Shown here piece after piece: positions 55,454 through 60,804 of a stretch of 60,804 nt of DNA. How positions within the stretch are numbered: position 1 is the first letter of the stretch; each line of letters opens with the position of its first letter. This stretch comes from Chloroflexota bacterium. Lineage in GTDB: Bacteria; Chloroflexota; Limnocylindria; P2-11E. Where the stretch lies: positions 1 through 60,804 of the forward strand of contig VBIL01000002.1 in the NCBI GenBank assembly GCA_005879975.1, given 5' to 3'. Below the pieces are notes generated by a model that did not search any database, was not told the DNA's origin, and saw only the letters and a list, made by a program, of their open reading frames with translations. Both the position numbers and the translations under genes were made by a program.

Positions 55454-56383
55454 ATGCTCGTGTGCCAGCAATGTGGTGCGGAATTTCCTGTCGTGCTCGT
55501 GCTCCGGGGAAAGCCGCGCGATCTTCGCGGAAGAAAACACTGTGTCGATTGCCGCCCCTACCGCGAGCTTGGACGGCCGCGGAAACCGGTAATCAGAGCG
55601 GCGAAGGCCCTGATTTGCGCGGCCTGCGGCAAGGCATTCCCGGCGAAGCAGCTCGTCGATGGCAAGATGCACTCGCTCTATCGCCGCCGGTTTTGTCTGG
55701 ACTGTTCACCGTTTGGCGCACACAACACGTCCAAGACCCCTTCCGGCCTTCGTTCGACCGAGGAACGAGACCACGTTCGTCGCGAACGCCGGCGAGAGTC
55801 CTTTAGGCGATCTCTTCACAAACGCAGGCGTAAGCGGAAGCGTGACCTCGTTGAGATGTATGGCGGCCGGTGCGTCGACTGTGGGTATTCGACTTGCGTC
55901 GAAGCACTCCAATTCCATCACCGCGATCCCTCGACCAAAGACTTCCGACTTGGGGAATTCAACGGCTCCCTGGCGCGGCTTTTGAAGGAGGCCGAGAAAT
56001 GTGATCTCGTCTGCGCGAACTGCCACCAGCTCAGACACGCAATGGAGGCAAAGGCGACCAGCGCTCCCGTCGTCCGGCTCCGGCGGGAGACGAAGCTGCG
56101 CGCGATCGGTCTGTTCGGCGGGGTCTGCCCTGGGTGCGGAGGCAGCTATCCACCCGCGGTCCTCCAATTCCATCACCGCGATCCCGCTGCCAAGGAGTTC
56201 GCGATCTCTACCGATGGGATTTACCGGCGATGGGAGAAGATCGCGGGCGAGCTCGCGAAGTGCGTGATGCTTTGCGCGAATTGCCACGCCGAGACCCACG
56301 CCGGGTTACGTGAGCTTCCCAGCGACGCGACGTGTGCGTCCCAGCAGGACGAGGTCATCCTGGCCGCGTCCGGAGTGGCCTAG
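55454..56383 (+). CDS. Tandem zinc-ribbon / tandem HNH nuclease-like protein (309 aa)
   Basis: Two CxxC...CxDC units are followed by a K/R linker and then two HNH units: GGRCVDCG..FHHRDPSTKDF..KCDLVCANCHQLRH and GGVCPGCG..FHHRDPAAKEF..KCVMLCANCHAETH. Confidence 0.75.
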   Translation: MLVCQQCGAEFPVVLVLRGKPRDLRGRKHCVDCRPYRELGRPRKPVIRAAKALICAACGKAFPAKQLVDGKMHSLYRRRFCLDCSPFGAHNTSKTPSGLRSTEERDHVRRERRRESFRRSLHKRRRKRKRDLVEMYGGRCVDCGYSTCVEALQFHHRDPSTKDFRLGEFNGSLARLLKEAEKCDLVCANCHQLRHAMEAKATSAPVVRLRRETKLRAIGLFGGVCPGCGGSYPPAVLQFHHRDPAAKEFAISTDGIYRRWEKIAGELAKCVMLCANCHAETHAGLRELPSDATCASQQDEVILAASGVA

Positions 56384-56407
56384 CGACGGCGTCTACCATC
56401 CGCCCTC

Positions 56408-56893
56408 GTGACCGATGGCCCCTTCCTCGAGGACTTCAAGGTCGGCGACGTGTCTCGCTCGTCGAGCGGTCGCACGATCACGCAGGCCGACAACATCTGG
56501 TTCTCCCTGCTGACGAACAATGCGAACCCCATCCACATCGACCAGCACTACGCCGCTCAGACCGAGTTCGGCCGGCCCCTCGTGAACAGCATCCTCAGCA
56601 TCGGCGTGGTCACCGGCCTCATGGTCCCGGCCACGAGCCAGAACGGATTCGCGCTCGGCTGGGACGAGATCACGCTCCCGAATCCGCTGTTCGAGGGCGA
56701 CACGCTGTATGCCGACAGCGAGGTCGTCGACGTGCGCGAATCACGGTCCCGGCCGGGGTGGGGGATCGTGAAGGTGCGGCAGCGTGGCATCAAACAGGAC
56801 GGCACGATCGTGCTCGTGATGACCCGCAGCTTCATGGTTCCCACGCGGGCAGCCGCGCCCAAGCGAGCGAGACCGCCGACGCCGCGCGACTAG
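56408..56893 (+). CDS. MaoC-like (R)-specific enoyl-CoA hydratase/dehydratase
   Basis: MTDGPFLEDFKVGDV...RTITQADNIWFSLLTNNANPIHIDQHYA is a hot-dog fold motif. Confidence 0.8.
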   Translation: MTDGPFLEDFKVGDVSRSSSGRTITQADNIWFSLLTNNANPIHIDQHYAAQTEFGRPLVNSILSIGVVTGLMVPATSQNGFALGWDEITLPNPLFEGDTLYADSEVVDVRESRSRPGWGIVKVRQRGIKQDGTIVLVMTRSFMVPTRAAAPKRARPPTPRD

Positions 56894-56894
56894 G

Positions 56895-58061
56895 GTGGAT
56901 TTCTCGACGACCGACCAGCAGGACCAGATCAGGAGGGCGATCCGCGACCTCTGCGCGGGCTTCGGTGACGAGTACTGGCGCGAGCTCGATCGCAAGAGAG
57001 AGTACCCGGAGAGATTCGTGCGGGCGCTCACCGATGCCGGCTGGCTTGCCGCGCTGATCCCGGCGGACTACGGCGGGGCCGGGCTCGGGGTCGCCGACGC
57101 TGCGGTCATCATCGAGGAGATCAACCGTTCAGGCGGGAACGCCGCGAGCGCGCATGCCCAGATGTACACGATGGGAACGCTCCTCAGGCACGGGAGCGAG
57201 GATCAAAAGCGCGGCTACCTGCCCCGGATCGCGAAAGGTCAGCTCCGGCTCCAAGCGTTCGGGGTGACCGAGCCCGAGGCGGGCTCGGAAACGACGCGCC
57301 TGCGGACGGCGGCCGTGAGGAAGGGCGACCGTTATGTCGTGAACGGAAAAAAGGTCTTCATATCGCGCGCCGAGCACTCCGACCTCCTCCTTCTTCTCGC
57401 GCGCACGACGCCCTACGAGGAGCTCGAGGACAAAACGGAAGGCCTCTCCATCTTCATGGTGGATCTCCGCAGGGCCGTAGCCGATGGACGGATCACCGTG
57501 CGACCGATCGACACGATGCTCAACCACCACACCACAGAGCTCTTCATCCAGGACCTCGAGATCCCCGCCCGCGACCTCATCGGTCAGGAAGGCCAGGGCT
57601 TCCGACACATCATCGACAGCTGGAATGTCGAGCGAATCCTGATCGCGTCCGAAGCGCTCGGCGATGGGCGATGGTTCGTCGAGCGTGCAGCAAAGTACGC
57701 CGGCGACCGTGTGGTCTTCGGCAGGCCCATCGGGGCGAACCAGGGTGTTCAGTTCCCCATCGCGCAGGCGCACGCGCGTCTTGAGGCGGCGACGCTGCTC
57801 CGCGATAAAGCAGCGTGGCTTTTCGATCACGGCAAACCGTGCGGCCCCGAGGCGAACATGGCGAAGCTGCTCGCGTCGCAGGCATCGTGGGATGCCGCGA
57901 ACGCGGCGCTCGACACGCATGGCGGGTACGGGTTCGCGGCGGAATACGACGTCGAGCGTAAGTTCCGCGAGACACGTCTCCTGCTCGTCGCCCCGATCAG
58001 CAATAACTTGGTGTTGGCCTACATCGGTCAGAACGTCCTCGGCATGCCGCGTTCGTATTGA
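56895..58061 (+). CDS. Acyl-CoA dehydrogenase
   Basis: Contains FGVTEPEAGSE and YVVNGKKVFIS, plus the C-terminal GGYGFAAEYDVERKFRETRL. Confidence 0.9.
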   Translation: MDFSTTDQQDQIRRAIRDLCAGFGDEYWRELDRKREYPERFVRALTDAGWLAALIPADYGGAGLGVADAAVIIEEINRSGGNAASAHAQMYTMGTLLRHGSEDQKRGYLPRIAKGQLRLQAFGVTEPEAGSETTRLRTAAVRKGDRYVVNGKKVFISRAEHSDLLLLLARTTPYEELEDKTEGLSIFMVDLRRAVADGRITVRPIDTMLNHHTTELFIQDLEIPARDLIGQEGQGFRHIIDSWNVERILIASEALGDGRWFVERAAKYAGDRVVFGRPIGANQGVQFPIAQAHARLEAATLLRDKAAWLFDHGKPCGPEANMAKLLASQASWDAANAALDTHGGYGFAAEYDVERKFRETRLLLVAPISNNLVLAYIGQNVLGMPRSY

Positions 58062-58972
58062 TGCGCTCGGGTTCCGCGGTCCTGCTCCGATCGCTCATGT
58101 TCGTCCCCGGCCATCGGCCGCGCATGATCGACCGCGCGCTCGGACTCGGAGAATTCCCCGCGAGCGATCTCGATGTCGCGATCCTCGACCTCGAGGACGG
58201 CGTGCCATTCGAACAGAAGGAAAGCGCGCGCGCCACGATCGCGGCGGCGCTGAAGCGCGCGACCGTCGGGCCGGGCCGCTACGTTCGCCTGAACGCCGCG
58301 GCGGATCTGCGCCCGGCCGACCTCGCCGCGATCGTCCGGAAGGGCCTCGACGGCGTCGTCGCTCCAAAGATCTCGGGCCCGGACGAGGTCGCGTCGTTAG
58401 CACACCACCTGGAGGAGCACGAGATCGCCGCCGGGTTCGCGCGCGGGAGCCTACGCATCATCGCCTCCATCGAATCGGCGCGTGGCCTGCTCGAGGCGCC
58501 GGCGATCGCGGCCTCCTCCGAGCGTGTCATCGCGCTGCTCTTCGGTGCCGAGGACTTCGCGCTGGACCTGGGATTGCCGGCGCGGCGCGAAGCCGAGGCA
58601 GCCGACCTGCTTCACGCACGCAGCGCGGTCGTTGTGGCAGCGGTGGCCGCCGGTAAGGCGGCGATCGACGGGATCTGGCCGGACATCGAGGACGCCGGCG
58701 GTCTTGAGCGCGACGCGCGCACCGCTCGGAGGCTCGGCTTCTCCGGCAAATCGCTCATCCATCCGGGCCAGATCGCGACAGTCAATGAGATCTTCAGTCC
58801 GAGCGCGGATGAGGTCGAACACGCGGAGCGCGTCGTCGCCGCGTTCGACGAAGCCACGAGGAGGGGGGACGGCGCGGTCGCGCTCGACGGCAAGCTTCTG
58901 GATCCGCCCATCGTCGAGCGCGCTCGGCGCACGCTGGCCGCACACGAGGTGATCGCGACCGAATCCGGATAA
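58061..58972 (+). CDS. HpcH/HpaI aldolase / CitE-like acyl-CoA lyase
   Basis: Contains RSLMFVPG, ILDLEDGV, IESARGL, GAEDFALDLG and KSLIHPGQI. Confidence 0.85.
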   Translation: MRSGSAVLLRSLMFVPGHRPRMIDRALGLGEFPASDLDVAILDLEDGVPFEQKESARATIAAALKRATVGPGRYVRLNAAADLRPADLAAIVRKGLDGVVAPKISGPDEVASLAHHLEEHEIAAGFARGSLRIIASIESARGLLEAPAIAASSERVIALLFGAEDFALDLGLPARREAEAADLLHARSAVVVAAVAAGKAAIDGIWPDIEDAGGLERDARTARRLGFSGKSLIHPGQIATVNEIFSPSADEVEHAERVVAAFDEATRRGDGAVALDGKLLDPPIVERARRTLAAHEVIATESG

Positions 58973-58974
58973 GG

Positions 58975-59006
58975 AAACGCCGCCGGTGGAGAGACCGGCG
59001 GCGTTT
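58975..59006. terminator. 13-bp hairpin with A/U flanks after the CitE-like gene
   Basis: The sequence is AAACGCCGCCGGU-GGAGAG-ACCGGCGGCGUUU, starting 3 nt after the stop. The U tract is short. Confidence 0.55.
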
Positions 59007-59031
59007 GGAGGGGAAGCGATCGAGAGCTGGT

Positions 59032-59073
59032 GGCTCGTCCACAAGGCCGACGCTGCTGCCTCGTGGACGAGCC
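59032..59073. other. 11-bp stem with 20-nt loop in a long intergenic region
   Basis: GGCTCGTCCAC ... GTGGACGAGCC. Confidence 0.5.
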
Positions 59074-59225
59074 CCTACATCCCAGCCTGCGCGAGCCGGA
59101 CCCACCCCTTTGCAGCGCCGAGCGACTTCGTCATCGAGTGCATCGTTCGGGCTAACGACACGCCGAGCAGGGAATTAGGAGGCCCGAGACGCCACTGACA
59201 CCACGCCTCGGATCTGGTGGAAATG

Positions 59226-59255
59226 GAGCGGCCCGCCGCAGGGGGCGGGCCGCTC
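59226..59255. other. 12-bp perfect GC-rich hairpin in a long intergenic region
   Basis: GAGCGGCCCGCC-GCAGGG-GGCGGGCCGCTC. No U tract on the + strand. Confidence 0.5.
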
Positions 59256-59413
59256 GACGCAGGGGGGTCGGATTAGTCGGTTACGAGTTGGTGACCGAGG
59301 GCTCTCCGCCTCAGGACGTCGAGTGGATGACGGCGATCGGTCCCCTTCTCCTGTGCAGCACGTAGAACGCGTCCGGGTACGGGGCGTTACTCGCGCGGAG
59401 ATACATTCGTCGC

Positions 59414-60382
59414 ATGCCCCGACAAATCCGTGCGCTGTGGCCATTGCTATTGGCCGTCCCGCTGGTACTGGGACTTGCCGCCTACTTCGTGGTCTCGTTC
59501 CGGGTCGCGGAAAGCGTGACCCGCGTGGATCGTTTGCCGCTCGAGCCGCCCGCGACGTCGGTCGCACCGACGCATGAGGACGTCAGCTTCGAGAGCCGCG
59601 ACGGGACCCCGCTCAAGGGATGGTGGTTCGCGGTCGCCGGCGCGGATCGCGCGGCGGTGCTCGTCCACGGCCGTGGTCGGAACCGTATCAACTCCACGTT
59701 CCATCCAGACCGCATCGCCCGGATGCTGCTCGCGCATGGCTACGCCGTCCTCCTCTTCGACCTTCGGGGCCACGGCGAAAGTGGCGGGACGAGGTACACG
59801 CTCGGGATCGAGGAGCCTCGGGACGTCCTCGCCGCGATCGACCTCGCGGCGACGAAGGCGCGGGTCGACCGTGCGCGCGTCGCCGTGATCGGCGAGTCGC
59901 TGGGCGGAGGTAGCGCGCTCATGACGGTGAAGGCGGATCCGTCGATCGGGCCGGTGGTCACCGATTCGGCGTTCGCCGACGGCAATAGCGTCGTAAGCGA
60001 GTCGGCGAGCAAATACACCAATCTGCCGTCCTGGTTCACCCCGGGCATCGTGCTCATGTCTCGGATCTTTCTCGGCCTCGACATCGGGCAGGTCACGCCG
60101 GCCAAAGTGGTCGCCGGTCATTCCGAACGCGCGTTCCTGTTCATCCAATGCGTGGAGGACCAGACCGTCCTGATGCATCACGGGCTCGATCTGCGTGCCG
60201 CGAGCACCAACCCGCGAAGCGAGCTGTGGCTGGTCCCCGGATGCGATCACGTCCAGGCCTTCGCCAGCCGGCCGGCTGAATGGGAACAGCGCGTAACGGC
60301 GTTCCTCGCGCAGGAGCTCGGGCCGGAGAAGCCCGCGGCTCGAGGGGCCGGTATCCTCGCCGCACCACGACGGGGAGGGTGA
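59414..60382 (+). CDS. Membrane-anchored alpha/beta hydrolase
   Basis: Has an N-terminal TM helix, HGRG, the nucleophile elbow GESLGG, and a C-terminal GCDH. Confidence 0.8.
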   Translation: MPRQIRALWPLLLAVPLVLGLAAYFVVSFRVAESVTRVDRLPLEPPATSVAPTHEDVSFESRDGTPLKGWWFAVAGADRAAVLVHGRGRNRINSTFHPDRIARMLLAHGYAVLLFDLRGHGESGGTRYTLGIEEPRDVLAAIDLAATKARVDRARVAVIGESLGGGSALMTVKADPSIGPVVTDSAFADGNSVVSESASKYTNLPSWFTPGIVLMSRIFLGLDIGQVTPAKVVAGHSERAFLFIQCVEDQTVLMHHGLDLRAASTNPRSELWLVPGCDHVQAFASRPAEWEQRVTAFLAQELGPEKPAARGAGILAAPRRGG

Positions 60383-60384
60383 CT

Positions 60385-60762
60385 GTGGCACGAACGACGA
60401 GCGGAAGGCGCGTGCGCTGGGACGACTCGCAACGCGAGCAGCTGATGGCGGGTGTGCAGCGCAGGTTCCTCTACGGTGACAAAGCCATGCTCGCGCAGAT
60501 CTGGCTCGCGAAGGGCGCGACCGTGCCGAAGCACGTCCATCCGGCTGAACAGCTTTCCTACATCGTGGAGGGCGCGCTCCGCCTTCGGCTGGGTGACGAC
60601 CTCTCCGAGGTGCACGATGTCCGCGCGGGGGAGGTGCTCGTCATTCCCTCGAACGTGCCCCACGAGGCGACCGCGCTCGAGGACACATATGACCTCGATG
60701 TCTTCAGCCCGCCACGCGAGGATTGGATCAAGGGACAGGACGCCTACCTCAGAGGCCGGTAG
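60385..60762 (+). CDS. Cupin-domain protein
   Basis: GTG 60385 follows GGGGAGGG. Contains PKHVHPAEQLSYIVEG...VLVIPSNVPHEA. Confidence 0.7.
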   Translation: MARTTSGRRVRWDDSQREQLMAGVQRRFLYGDKAMLAQIWLAKGATVPKHVHPAEQLSYIVEGALRLRLGDDLSEVHDVRAGEVLVIPSNVPHEATALEDTYDLDVFSPPREDWIKGQDAYLRGR

Positions 60763-60764
60763 CG

Positions 60765-60804
60765 ATGTCCGTCGCGAGCGTTCCCTTCGGCATCAACTTC
60801 TTCT
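60765..60804 (+). CDS. Start of an unidentified ORF running off the window
   Basis: ATG 60765 gives MSVASVPFGINFF... Only 13 codons are visible. Confidence 0.25.
   Translation, partial: MSVASVPFGINFF

Noticed and set aside
56392-56407. CCGCC at 56400-56404 as the missing anticodon-stem strand, i.e. the 3' exon after an ORF-containing intron
   Set aside because: No G precedes a sensible splice point. The loop length would be wrong, and no T arm or acceptor strand follows. The MaoC gene starts 4 nt later.
58986-59198. 70-aa ORF in the long intergenic region
   Set aside because: It starts inside the terminator stem, has no SD, and shows weaker third-position GC than real genes. No recognisable motif is present.
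59150-59260. Cobalamin or TPP riboswitch (GCCACUG string; CCUCGGAUCUGGUGGAAAUGG resembling the THI-box 3' half)
   Set aside because: The motifs are in the wrong order. The UGAGA element and the CUGG/CCAG pairing are absent.

Overview
GC-rich bacterial chromosomal window (by eye about two-thirds or more G+C; not computed). It is almost entirely housekeeping and mostly on the + strand. Many gene pairs are translationally coupled by ATGA/GTGA/TTGA start-stop overlaps.

Layout:
- 1-14.1 kb: end of the S10 operon, the spc and alpha ribosomal-protein operons (rplV to rplO, secY, adk, map, infA, rpmJ, rpsM, rpsK, rpsD, rpoA, rplQ), then truA and rplM-rpsI.
- 14.2-20.6 kb: a TPR-like protein and a contiguous cdaA-cdaR-glmM-glmS block (c-di-AMP and hexosamine synthesis).
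- 20.6-31.9 kb: acpS-nnrD-alr, a lipoprotein metallopeptidase, galU, an RpfB/YabE-like wall hydrolase with rsmA-ispE, a KGG-repeat stress protein, tRNA-Gln, glmU and a CNNM/CorC transporter.
- 31.9-49 kb: cdd, small membrane proteins, a polyprenyl synthase, recO-glyQS, ppdK, a truncated haemoglobin, and dgt-(orphan receiver)-dnaG-rpoD.
- 49-60.8 kb is the only accessory-looking part: a BNR lipoprotein, a nitroreductase, a KamB/NpmA-like 16S rRNA methyltransferase, an SRPBCC-DoxX-DUF4166 cluster, a dienelactone hydrolase, a tRNA half with a group I intron, a tandem-HNH protein, a MaoC-ACAD-CitE cluster, an alpha/beta hydrolase and a cupin.

Gene order is of the Terrabacteria (actinobacterial/firmicute) type.

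Most interesting observations:
1. An Azoarcus-like group I intron sits in the anticodon loop of a tRNA(CAU)-like gene. It is followed directly by an internally duplicated zinc-ribbon/double-HNH nuclease ORF.
2. A KamB/NpmA-family methyltransferase carries an in-frame amber codon at codon 16.
3. A 90-nt element with perfect 26-bp inverted arms lies in frame inside a nitroreductase gene.

Major caveat: at 12 or more positions, otherwise intact and mostly essential genes lack roughly 50-200 nt of conserved coding sequence, usually with a frame change. Affected genes are secY, rpmJ/rpsM, acpS, nnrD/alr, ispE, a polyprenyl synthase, ppdK (twice), rpoD (twice), DUF4166, SRPBCC/DoxX and the tRNA 3' exon. 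I read this as collapsed assembly gaps or mis-joins, not biology. All family assignments rest on motif recognition from memory; no searches were run.
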